This document shows, piece after piece, positions 24,050 to 36,031 of a stretch of 64,000 bases of DNA. Origin of the DNA: Lytechinus pictus. Taxonomy: Eukaryota. Positions within the stretch are counted from its first letter, which is position 1. Each line of letters opens with the position of its first letter. Position numbers and translations under genes: made by a program. The notes beneath the pieces were generated by a model that saw only the letters and a program-made list of their open reading frames with translations, was not told the origin of the DNA and ran no database searches. Location: NCBI RefSeq assembly GCF_037042905.1, contig NW_026974140.1, positions 1,676,001-1,740,000 of the forward strand. Direction: 5' to 3'.

Positions 24050-24484
24050 CAGTGCTTCCACTCTTCCTGGAATCCAGGAAATTCCAGGTTGTTTTGCAAT
24101 TTTCCAGGATCATTCCAGGAAGTGAGAAATTCCAGGAAGTATATCAATTTCGAAAATGATATTATAAATTATATTATCTGAATATTATGTCAAAATCTAT
24201 CACAAAATTGGATCATTTTAATTAAAATGTCAAAATTTTTGCTCGCACGCTTCGCTCGCTCGGAACTCTTTATTAACTTTGCCCGTTACGTCATGTTTCG
24301 CCCGCAAAAGATTTCTGGCTCAATTACGGCATTAGGCCCTATATTTCGTGTTTTTTTTTGTGTATAGAAGAGAATTATATGGAAGATTGGAGAACCGTTC
24401 AGAAAATTCAAGGATATTTTGTAAAATTCCAAGAACTTTCAGAGTAAATTCCAGGAAGTTCCGTTTTGTAAAGTCGAAGCACTG
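24050..24484 (+). mobile_element. hAT-type MITE (TTCCAGGAA repeats), copy 1
   Basis: CAGTGCTTCCAC...GTCGAAGCACTG, TSD GGCTGAGC/GGCTTAGC; second copy at 47060-47489. Confidence 0.9.
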
Positions 24485-25837
24485 GGCTTAGCATTTGATC
24501 TGTTGATACATGTACCGTATGCAACATTCTACATGATCAGTGAAACAACTAGGCTTGTAACGAAAAAAATATAGACAGGTTTTCTTCAGACTCTAATTCA
24601 AGGAATTTTGTCCAAATTTAAGAAAATTTTGGAGCTCAAATAAGGAATTCCAGTTTTAAGTTGTGGAAGCACTGGTGTGGTCTCCACTCCACTTCCGCTA
24701 CAGCCCACATTACGCTACACACCTACCCGGGTAGGTGTAGCGTACATGTATGGTAGTGTAGCGGTATATAGTGAAGTGGAGTGGGGCCTACACAAACATC
24801 ACTTGAGGTAGAGCACTTTTCACAGTCTAAACCTACTATTATTTGCCGTTGACCGTGAATTACATGCCACCACACGTCATCAATCATCAAGATAATAAAA
24901 TTCATACTTTGATTTGATTATTTAGACTATTTCTCTTTTTTTTCTCTCATTCTTCTACACACAGATCTGCACACTTGCTGAATCTGGTCTCTGCTCGCTA
25001 CTTCAATCTGGGAGATTCCATCATGTCCTTTTACTGTGATTTAATTGGATATTCATGTAGCCATTTTTTTCCTTCACTCTGCTTTCCAGGAGCTACGGTT
25101 TGCAAGTTTTGGACTGATAATGATACAACAGAAAATTGATCTTTATCGATCTTGGAAACAATTTTGAGCACAGTTTTGGAGAGAACTAAGAAATTTGACT
25201 TGGACAGGAATACAGCTTGTCAAAAATAAGAACACACAATTTAAAACGAAAGAACAATTTTAATGTTACTAGCTAAGGGCATTTTGCTAGAAATTTTATA
25301 CTCAATCACACGTCCCAAATCAAGGGTAAGTCCTTTGATTAAACACAAACATGTAGTTGAATTGCGATTGCAACTCGACCTTATTACGCTTGAATTTGAA
25401 TTTAAGACTTACGCTTGATTTGCAATTGAACATAAGTTTCTTGCAGTGCCCCATAATTATGTTTTGTTAGCAACTCTGTTATCAGTTATCAAACATGCTG
25501 ATTTTTCTCGAAAGATATAATAACTTTGTCATTTTAAACGGTATTTGAATGGTTACAGCCCGATAGACCGCGGGTCCGATAGACCGCGGATCCGATAGTC
25601 CGCGGGTCCGATAGTCCGCGGTGTGTGTAAAATTATGATCAGGATATAGTGAGATCCAATGTCATCGAGAGGTCAAAAGGTCAATGATACGAGTCCATGG
25701 GGTTCTATAACGATGACCCAAAGGACAATCGCCCCCTGACAACTACTTCAAGGAAAATATTATCCCCATATTTTTATCGTCGGGGACTGTTACCCCCCCC
25801 CCCGGAAATTTACCCTCTAGACGCCAATTACCCCTCG

Positions 25838-26177
25838 TACGGAGCCTTTCAAATGCCATTGACTTGACGACATGGCGATGTACTTTATCGTGACATGTCG
25901 ACTAAATAAGCTTATTATGTCCGCATTGCGAGATACGTTATTTTGCCAAGTCCACATATAAAAAGTTATACGTCAACATGGTGAGATATTTTATCCTGCC
26001 AAGTCGACTTGTAACAAGTTATAATTATGTCAACATGGCGATATATCGGGATTCTCGGCGGGACTTGTACACTGACTTCATATCTCGCCATGTCGAAATA
26101 ATAAGCTTATTAATTATACATGGCAAGATAAGTATCACGTCATGTCGTCACGTCGATGGCATTTTAAAGGCTTCGTA
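25838..26177. mobile_element. Small TIR element at the centre of the palindromic MITE
   Basis: TACGGAGCCTTTCAAATGCCAT...ATGGCATTTTAAAGGCTTCGTA, with internal ACATGGCGA repeats. Confidence 0.7.
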
Positions 26178-26318
26178 CTAAGGGTAATTATCCGAGGTAA
26201 TTGTCTGGAGGGTAAATTTCCAGGGGTAACAGTCCCCGGCGGTAAAAATATGGGGATAATTTTCCTTGAAGTAGTTGTCAGGGGATGATTGCCCTTATTG
26301 GGTTATTGTTATAGAAAC

Positions 26319-26833
26319 CAGGCGCGGATCCAGGATTTCGTGAGAAGGGGGGCCCAAATTTGACCTGATTCTTGGCGCCCATGTGTACTTTTCGAAAAAT
26401 GGCGCCCACTCCCTCCCAGCCAGGCTAACTTAAGTGCCTTAAATGGATTTTGAATTATCTTATAATCACATGAAAAAAAAGGCAATTAAAGACCACTCTT
26501 TTAATGTGTTCTTGAAAAAAAATCCATGAATATAATTATAATGAAATATCAATGGGAGCGCGAAGCGCGAGCGATTTTGGGGGGTTTCAGTTTGGTTTAA
26601 CTTCTCTCCAGAGTAGGCCCTACTATAGAATATTGTGTGAACGGGAGCTGTTGTTTCTTTACTAGTTGTTCTAGAATAGCCTTCAATAATATTAATGATA
26701 ACTTCTTGGGAATAATGCAACCTCGAAGCAATCGACTCATTCTCCTCATTAGTGGCGTATTTATTCATCATGGGTGCACGGGGGGTGGGGGGGTGAGGCA
26801 GTTTCCCCTCGGCCCCCCATGGATCCGCACCTG
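26319..26833. mobile_element. hAT-type MITE
   Basis: CAGGCGCGGATCCA...TGGATCCGCACCTG, TSD ATAGAAAC/ATAGAACC; interrupts the right arm of the host palindrome. Confidence 0.85.
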
Positions 26834-29616
26834 ATAGAACCCCATGGTCTCGTATCATTTGACCTTTGGACCTCTCGATGACATTTGATATATCTGATCA
26901 TAATTTACACACACTGCGGACTATCGGACCCGCGGTCTATCGGACCTGCGGACTAACGGACCCGCGGTCTATCGGACCCGCGGACTATCGGACCCGCGGT
27001 CTATCGGACCCGCGGTCTATCGGGATGTCCCCATTTGAATATTTGTTTTCCACAATATTTATTGCATGTATGAACAGAAGTAAAATATTTATTGTGAAGC
27101 ACTGTGAATGTTGTGTGATGGTTCATCATTTTTGTTATAAGACTATAAGCCTGGTGGATGTGGGGAAGTGGCCTGGATGAAAGAAAAGTGAACATGTGTC
27201 CAATTATTTTAAAACAATTTTGTTTCTGGATAAATATTGCTATGCATTCCCTACATTACATGTGAAGAGTAAAGGAGAAGTTCACGCAACCAAAAATTCA
27301 TTTGAATTTAAAGAAAAATAACAAGATATTGCAGGAAATTTCATAAAAACTTTGATTCAAATTGAAATATTTACTATTTTAACATTGAGAAATTTTGCCT
27401 AATTTATAAAACAATGATATGCTCATCTGTGTCGATGTGCAAATTTAAATTACACTAACCGATTATGTCACACGCACTAAGTTTTTTTGTATTTTGTTAT
27501 TTGATATATGTACATGACATGTAGATCAAATATTAAATTTTCTAATTATTTTCTTTAACAAATTTTGGGAGGGATTTTAATTCCTCCAAATAACATTTAG
27601 AGTTACAGTTCCGTAAATGTAACCTATTGTGATCAGATGAAGAGTTTCCTATCAACAAATCTGCAAAGAATGAAAAATAAAATGCCACAAAAAAATTAGA
27701 AACAAATGTGATGTGACACTATCAACTCTAATTTGCATATCATTGTTTTGTGTATATGACTGTTTTGAGTAAAAACAACAAGGGAAATTACTCTATTCAA
27801 ATGATTTTGAGTTGATGTGGACTTGACTTTTAACTCATCCTCTACCCCTCCCAAAAATTCCCATCCCAAATAAGTGTAGAATCTAATCAAGAACTTGAAA
27901 ATCAAAAGCAGCAATTAAGAAGTAAGATTTGATAAATACAGGTCTGAATAGAATTTCGCAAGAAAATAAAAAGAGAGAAAAAAAGCTGGGTAGGAACGGG
28001 GAAGGAATAAAAAAAAAATACCCAGAAAAAAAATCCGTTTCGAACCAGGGTCCTCGCATATGTCAAAACAATGATCAACACATTTGGCCACAGACCGTTT
28101 TGCTCTCTTGCGGGATTTTAAAAATATATGAAACAAAGTCTGTTCGCCGCTATTGCCTAATAATAATGCTTCGGCAATTCAACTGCAATTCCAATCATTT
28201 CGCGATGGATATTGCCGTGTTTTTTTGTGGTTCCTGACTTTGCTACGTAATGAAATTTCATAATTTTTGTTCAGTCGTGAAGATGAATATCTATGCTTTA
28301 TATTGATTATAATATTAATGTGACGCAAGTGTGATTTCTAAGTGAAAATATGCTTTGTTTATTCACATATATTTCTTGAAAAAAAAAATTTCTAAGCTCA
28401 ATATAGGTTACCAAAATACGTTTAATCTGCATTTTATTTCATTGTTCAGTAAATTCAAACTTTTATCTATATAACAAAACCAATCTTATGAGGAATAAAC
28501 AATTCTAAGAGCAAAACACGTTGATTGGAAAGATCGTCTTCAATGGGCTGCTGTCAGCTCAGCTGCTCATTGTGTGACGTCACTCAGCTGGAGCTCGCAA
28601 GAGGACCGGTGGAAGGCAGAAATATGGCATGAAAATAAATCATTTTTGAGAGCTGATTTCTGCAAACTCTAATCACTATTTTGATAAGTGAAGTTATATT
28701 TCTGATTAGTAATACTTCCCCTTTACAATGATGACCACAAAAAGTCATAAAATACTTTTGATTCTTTGGGTGTGTACTTTAATTTTAATAGTATAATTCT
28801 TTTCTTACCGATATTTATGATATAGCTATACTTTGAGGAGGCCAATGTTTATAGTAGTATCGAGTCCGGAATTGATATGATTTGCAATCGGGTCTGAGTA
28901 CATAGAATACACTGGCGTCGTCTGCTACGTAAACTAAATGAGCGAATATGACCAAAACTTACCATTTTGTTTATGCAAATTAGAACACTATCCCCCATTC
29001 GGATTTTCTGGGACTTTTAGTATGGTCTTCTATGGACCTCAAAGAAATGTTCTGCATTGGAATAAATTCTGTTGCAATTTGTTCCAAGTGAAAAGTTAGA
29101 ATGACTGGACTAATGCACTCAAACGCAGGACCCGTTCCAAGGACCCCCGTTTTCACAAACATTTGTAGTTCCGAATCCCGTTCCGAGGACCCTCCTTTTT
29201 ACAATAAGCCCGCTCCAAGGCCCCCGTTTTTTGTCTCGCCCGCGGCACACACCTACTACTTTTTTGGTCGAGTGCCCCCCCCCCCGGCACAATCCCTTTC
29301 GTTTAGCCATGCAATTAATGCCCTTAAACAGTATTCATATTATTGATGTTGACAATTTTGTTCCCGATGCGCCTGATGGCATGTGAGTGAAACTAGTTCG
29401 CCATTCGATAAACCCCTCTTCTGGTATATGGATTGAGAGTAGCTGTCTCCAAAGGAACTTTCGAGGACTTCGACAACCATCATCGCTTCTCATCGAACGT
29501 GAAACATTGCTCATACGAGCTGCACTCTCAAGTTTTCCCTACATTTTTTAACGACTCAGGCTGTCAGCGCAAAAAAAATCTACAGGACTACGTTATAATG
29601 TGACGATAGATCATCA

Positions 29617-30159
29617 CCCGGGGGGGGGCACTCAGTATATAATGCATAGTGGGTATGTGCCGCGGAGGGGACCCCCATTTTTACACTCAAATTTCCGTTC
29701 CAAGGCATAGCATTTTTGTCCTATTGAGAAAAAGAACAAAGAAAGCCGCTCCAAGGCATAGCATTTTCTTCTTCTCGAGAAAAAAGAAGAAAAAAATCCG
29801 CTCCAAAGCTTCGCATATTTTTCGTTACGCCGTTCCGGTCGCACTGATCTGCTACAATTTTGGTGAAAAGCGGCCGTAGAGCGCTTTTCGACCATCGCCT
29901 AAGCGCGAGCGCACCCGGCGGAGGCCGCGCTAGCTGCGCCATGCACGATTGCCCGTTCCATAGGGATGCATACACATTCACAGAGATACGGAGATCCGTT
30001 CCGAGGACCCCCATTTTCACAAACATTTGTAGTTCCGAAGCCCGTTCCGAGGACCCTCCTTTTTACAATAAGCCCGCTCCAAGGCCCCCGTTTTTTGCCT
30101 CGCCCGCGGCACACCCCTACCACTTTTTTGGTCGAGTGCCCCCCCCCCCCCCCCCCGGG
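29617..30159 (+). mobile_element. Intact CCCGGG-ended MITE
   Basis: CCCGGG(G)nCACTC...GAGTG(C)nCCCGGG with a perfect 8-bp TSD GATCATCA. Confidence 0.92.
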
Positions 30160-30199
30160 GATCATCAAGCTCACACTGGCATGATACTGGTTTTCTCGA

Positions 30200-30570
30200 T
30201 TCATCTACAAAAGTGGACTGGCTGTCTATTTATCCATTATCAACACCTAAAAAGAGGCTGATATTCAATACATACTCCTGCACAATATATTACCGTCGCT
30301 AACTATACTTTATCATACTGACATTTCGTCTTTTTGCGGATGGTGCGGAGAACCAAGAACCATTCAACATCTATTCATTGAGTGCAAAGGAATCCAATCC
30401 CCTCTCAATCTTCTTCACAGACTCACAGCTCCTCCCCTCTCTTAAACTTAATTTTTACTTATACTGGGCTCTCATTCCGCATGCCAGAGGACGGAACAGA
30501 AAGGTTATCCGCTTTGCAAATTTTCTTATCATCAGTCTAAAATATACCATTTATTCTATGTATCGGACCT
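30200..30570 (+). mobile_element. Decayed L1/Tx1-type LINE C-terminal fragment
   Basis: Reads DIQYILLHNILP...FCGWCGEPRTIQHLFIECK, a CCHC/zf-RVT-like motif. Confidence 0.65.
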
Positions 30571-31029
30571 CAACTTTCACTGATCCACTAATTGTTTAGC
30601 CTCTTGTCGAGGCCCTGGCGGCTGCTTCCCGAGCCGAAGCAAGGGATTTCCTAATTCGCAAAGCGAATTAGGCCTGCATGGCGCGAGCCAGGGCCTCTTG
30701 ACATCTGAGCTGAATTATATATTCATGAGGAACGTCTTCTTAATGAATAAACATGAGTTGTAATATCACCGGTCACATAGTAAACCAATGAAATGTCAGA
30801 AGCTGTTTCGTCCGGGGTTGGGAATACTATAGTAGTCCACTATTCTGCAGGGGATTCAATTAATTGCGGGACACTAAAGGGGATATGACCAGCAAAATGC
30901 TACAAGCAGTGGTACTACTACGAGTACTGGCTGTAAAATACGTACCATCACCGCCCCGAAACTTCCCGGGAGATACTGGTCAGCCGCTGGTCAGACCGGG
31001 GGTCAGACTCGAGTCAAGGGGAAACAACT

Positions 31030-31257
31030 CTACTCCAGCATTCCCTCACTGCACCGCGGAGAACGATAATCGACACATAGTGCAATCGCATGAAAGATAA
31101 AACATTTTCCATATCCTGTGGGTAGATTTACAAACACATCTCGTCCTTTCAGTGCAGATTTAATTTTATCGACTTGCAAATCCTTAAATCGGTCAATATT
31201 CAGCATTTTAGAGGCATATTCATTGCTCTTTGATATTTCGTCGTCACTCTTCGCCAA
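31030..31257 (-). pseudogene. RecQ-like SF2 helicase N-terminal remnant (Q-like motif and Walker A)
   Basis: LNIDRFKDLQVDKIKSALKGRDVFVNLPTGYGKCFIFH matches the RecQ pattern F+..Q...I...L.G.D.F..LPTG.GKS; truncated after motif I. Confidence 0.85.
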
Positions 31258-31695
31258 GAATCCACGGGTGGCAATTCAAGATGAGCTCATGAATAATATC
31301 AATATGACGTCATAACAGCCCGCGCTCTCATTGGATGATTTTCACCGACCAGTTTTTGGTCGGAATATTAGTAAAAACAATAAAATAACAAGAGAAAGTC
31401 GGTGAAATTCGGCCCAGATGTGCAGTCAAGAGGCCCTGTCTCGCGGCGCTCTGCTTCGCTCTCTCCCTTGCTTCGCCATGTTCGCTCGGAAAGCTATGAG
31501 GCGCCGAATGTACCAATATTATATAGAACAATTATTTGTTATATAATCATTATTTATTAAATAATAACTATTATTTATATATAATTTACATTTTATTTGT
31601 AAATAACTACTATTATATAAAATATCATTTCTAATTATTTATATATAATTCCAAGTAATACTTCATTATTTGTAAATAATAATAGTTCGACATTC

Positions 31696-32085
31696 CATTA
31701 TTTATAAATAATGATTATTTGTTTTTCATTATTTATAAATAATGATTATTTGTTTTTCATTATTTATAAATAATGATTATTTGTTTTTCATTATTTACAA
31801 ATAATGATTATTTGTTTTTCATTATTTATAAATAATGATTATTTGTTTTTCATTATTTATAAATAATGATTATTTGTTTTTCATTATTTACAAATAATGA
31901 TTATTTGTTTTTCATTATTTATAAATAATGATTATTTGTTTTTCATTATTTATAAATAATGATAATTGGTTTTTCATTATTTATAAATAATGATTATTTG
32001 TTTTTCATTATTTACAAATAATGATTATTTGTTTTTCATTATTTATAAATAATGATTATTTGTTTTTCATTATTTATAAATAATT
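31696..32085. repeat. 31-bp AT-rich tandem repeat, ~12 copies (left arm)
   Basis: Unit CATTATTTATAAATAATG-ATTATTTGTTTTT; its first 18 bp are a perfect palindrome. Confidence 0.93.
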
Positions 32086-35000
32086 TGTTGAGTTTTCCAT
32101 TATTTATAAATAATGATTATTTGTTAAATAATGAAAACGTCTACTTCATTATTTATAAATAATTTTTTCGAGTGCACCATTATTCTCATTATTTATAAAT
32201 AATCATTATTTAATGTTCGAGTTTTCCATTATTTATAAATAAAGATTATTTGTTAAATAATGAAATATCTACTTCATTATTTATAAATAATAATTTTGTT
32301 TCAATATCCCATTAATCATTATTTATAAACAATTTTTACAGTTTGCCATTATATACAAATAATCATTATTTATATACAAATAACCATTATTTATTAAATA
32401 ATGCCATTATTTATTAAATAATGCCATTATTTATTAAATAATGCCATTATTTATTAAATAATGGAAAACTCGCTATAACATGCAAATGTGGGACCGCCCA
32501 TGATATGAATATTCATGATGCGATTTCCTTTTTCGTGATTTTTCTTCACAAATTTTTGTCCATTTCCTCTTCATAATGACATTTCTTGAAGCAATTTTCT
32601 AGGGATATGGTCTGATTGTAATATTCTTCATTTTCTATATAACTTCGTCTTCGTAGAAATATCAAAAAGTGTAATTTTATACGATTTTTCCTACAGTTCA
32701 CAATCCCCATAGGCGCGCGTGTACGGTAGGGACAACCGGTGAATCGACGGAGTGCTCTTCATCGAAATACTACGTTGGTTGGTCCCCGGAAGTGGCGGGC
32801 GGAATTTAGCCCGAATCTTAGATGGAAGTCGATCAAGTGCATATGAGCTGAGAGAGTGAAATATCAGTGTACTTGTACAGGCCCTTCTATATTTCTTGTT
32901 GCTTTTTTTGTTAAGTTAATTTTTCCTGGTGTAGAGATAAGTTTCAGTTCTAATAATGCACTTCAAATACATTTTGGAGTGTCTGTTTGAGGCGTTTGGG
33001 GCGATTTCACCCTGGCCCCAAAATGCTCGCAACGACAATACGAGGGCATGATGACCCCTAAATTTTTAAAAACTTATTTTTCTATTGAAAATTATCACAA
33101 AATTCACCAAAAGTGTGCACGAAAGCCTTCGTATTTCACTTTTAAAACTCCAAAAAGTGCCCAAATGACAAGCTTGGTCGCTTCGCTGTGTCGTTTTCAA
33201 CTTGAGAAAGTTTACGCGTCTGCTTCCCCCCCCCCCTCCTCCGAAAGAAATTATGTATACGGCCATGCTCTAAAGAGCCTGGCACATTGATTTATGTATA
33301 CTTCATTTTCATTATTTTTATCTCATTATCATCATGGCCTTACGCATAATTTTTTCCGGGGGGGGGGGGGGGTGGGGGGAGCAGGACGCGCGTAAACTTT
33401 CTCATAAAAATCTTGAAAAAGCGAAGCGACCAAGCTTGTCATTTGAGCTTGGTCGCGTCGCTGTCTCGCTTTCAAGATTTTTTTGAGAAACTTTACGCGC
33501 GTCCTAGCTGCTCCCCCCCCCCCCCCCCCCGGTAAAAATTCTGTGTAAGGCCATGATGATAATGTGATAAAAATAATGAAAATGAAAAGTACATATAAAT
33601 CAATGTGCCATATGCTCTTTTGAGCATGGCCGTTCACAGAATTTATTTCGGGGGGTGGGGGCAGACGCGCGTAAACGTTCTCAAGTTGAAAGCGAGACAG
33701 CGAAGCGACCAAGCTTGTCATTTGGGCTTGGTCCCGTGGCTGTCTTGCTTTCAAGATTTTTTTGAGAAAGTTTACGCGCGTCATGCTCCGGCCCCGGCCC
33801 CCCTGGAAAAAATTCTGCGTAAGGCCATGTTGATAATGAGAGCCTGGCACATTGATTTATGTATACTTTCATTTTCATTATTTTTATCTCATTATCAACA
33901 TGGCCTTACGCAGAATTTTTTCCAGGGGGGCCGGGGCCGGAGCATGACGCGCGTAAACTTTCTCAAAAAAATCTTGAAAGCAAGACATGCAGCCACGGGA
34001 CCAAGCCCAAATGACAAGCTTGGTCGCTTCGCTGTCTCGCTTTCAACTTGAGAACGTTTACGCGCGTCTGCCCCCACCCCCCGAAATAAATTCTGTGAAC
34101 GGCCATGCTCAAAAGAGCATATGGCACATTGATTTATATGTACTTTTCATTTTCATTATTTTTATCACATTATCATCATGGCCTTACACAGAATTTTTAC
34201 CGGGGGGGGGGGAGCAGCTAGGACGCGCGTAAAGTTTCTCAAAAAAATCTTGAAAGCGAGATAGCGACGCGACCAAGCTCAAATGACAAGCTTGGTCGCT
34301 TCGCTTTTTCAAGATTTTTATGAGAAAGTTTACGCGCGTCCTGCTCCCCCCACCCCCCCCCCCCCCGGAAAAAATTATGCGTAAGGCCATGATGATAATG
34401 AGATAAAAATAATGAAAATGAAGTATACATAAATCAATGTGCCAGGCTCTTTAGAGCATGGCCGTATACATAATTTCTTTCGGAGGAGGGGGGGGGGGGG
34501 GATGCAGACGCGTAAACTTTCTCAAGTTAAAAACGACACAGCGAAGCGACCAAGCTTGTCATTTGGGCACTTTTTGGAGTTTTAAAAGTGAAATACGAAG
34601 GCTTTCGTGCACACTTTTGGTGAATTTTGTGATAATTTTCAATAGAAAAATAAGTTTTTAAAAATTTAGGGGTCATCATGCCCTCGTATTGTCGTTGCGA
34701 GCATTTTGGGGCCAGGGTGAAATCGCCCCAAACGCCTCAAACAGACACTCCAAAATGTATTTGAAGTGCATTATTAGAACTGAAACTTATCTCTACACCA
34801 GGAAAAATTAACTTAACAAAAAAAGCAACAAGAAATATAGAAGGGCCTGTACAAGTACACTGATATTTCACTCTCTCAGCTCATATGCACTTGATCGACT
34901 TCCATCTAAGATTCGGGCTAAATTCCGCCCGCCACTTCCGGGGACCAACCAACGTAGTATTTCGATGAAGAGCACTCCGTCGATTCACCGGTTGTCCCTA

Positions 35001-35641
35001 CCGTACACGCGCGCCTATGGGGATTGTGAACTGTAGGAAAAATCGTATAAAATTACACTTTTTGATATTTCTACGAAGACGAAGTTATATAGAAAATGAA
35101 GAATATTACAATCAGACCATATCCCTAGAAAATTGCTTCAAGAAATGTCATTATGAAGAGGAAATGGACAAAAATTTGTGAAGAAAAATCACGAAAAAGG
35201 AAATCGCATCATGAATATTCATATCATGGGCGGTCCCACATTTGCATGTTATAGCGAGTTTTCCATTATTTAATAAATAATGGCATTATTTAATAAATAA
35301 TGGCATTATTTAATAAATAATGGCATTATTTAATAAATAATGGTTATTTGTATATAAATAATGATTATTTGTATATAATGGCAAACTGTAAAAATTGTTT
35401 ATAAATAATGATTAATGGGATATTGAAACAAAATTATTATTTATAAATAATGAAGTAGATATTTCATTATTTAACAAATAATCTTTATTTATAAATAATG
35501 GAAAACTCGAACATTAAATAATGATTATTTATAAATAATGAGAATAATGGTGCACTCGAAAAAATTATTTATAAATAATGAAGTAGACGTTTTCATTATT
35601 TAACAAATAATCATTATTTATAAATAATGGAAAACTCAACA

Positions 35642-36031
35642 AATTATTTATAAATAATGAAAAACAAATAATCATTATTTATAAATAATGAAAAACAAAT
35701 AATCATTATTTGTAAATAATGAAAAACAAATAATCATTATTTATAAATAATGAAAAACCAATTATCATTATTTATAAATAATGAAAAACAAATAATCATT
35801 ATTTATAAATAATGAAAAACAAATAATCATTATTTGTAAATAATGAAAAACAAATAATCATTATTTATAAATAATGAAAAACAAATAATCATTATTTATA
35901 AATAATGAAAAACAAATAATCATTATTTGTAAATAATGAAAAACAAATAATCATTATTTATAAATAATGAAAAACAAATAATCATTATTTATAAATAATG
36001 AAAAACAAATAATCATTATTTATAAATAATG
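35642..36031. repeat. 31-bp AT-rich tandem repeat (right arm, mirror copy)
   Basis: Reverse complement of 31696-32085, including the variant units. Confidence 0.93.

Larger units (their letters stand above)
23267..24674. mobile_element. hAT-type non-autonomous element with TTCAAGGAA subterminal repeats
   Basis: CAGTGCTTCCAC...GTGGAAGCACTG, TSD GTGTAGTC/GTGTGGTC. Confidence 0.88.
25551..27032. mobile_element. Palindromic MITE with GG...CC ends and 20-bp subterminal tandem repeats (Merlin/MULE-like)
   Basis: GGTTACAGCCCGATAGACCGCGGGTCC...GGACCCGCGGTCTATCGGGATGTCCCC, TSD ATTTGAAT; arms ~285 bp; two nested elements. Confidence 0.87.
18410..29112. mobile_element. 10.7-kb non-autonomous element with Academ-type ends and nested cargo
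   Basis: Termini TAGTCCAGT...ACTGGACTA, 3-bp TSD ATG, imperfect ~120-bp TIR sharing CTTGGAACAAATTGCAACA and CATACTAAAAGTCCC. Confidence 0.85.
18067..29287 (+). mobile_element. CCCGGG-ended MITE split in two (18067-18409 and 29113-29287) by a 10.7-kb insertion
   Basis: The halves match the 5' and 3' parts of the intact copy at 29617-30159; the 8-bp TSD CACAATCC flanks the outer ends. Confidence 0.9.

Noticed and set aside
31696..32085. CRISPR-like array (31-bp palindromic repeats)
   Set aside because: Units are directly tandem with no unique spacers, there are no cas genes, and the DNA is eukaryotic.
33332..34661. Repetitive ORFs (QAQMTSLVAS..., up to 172 aa)
   Set aside because: Spurious frames through internal repeats; mirror copies differ by frameshifting homopolymers.
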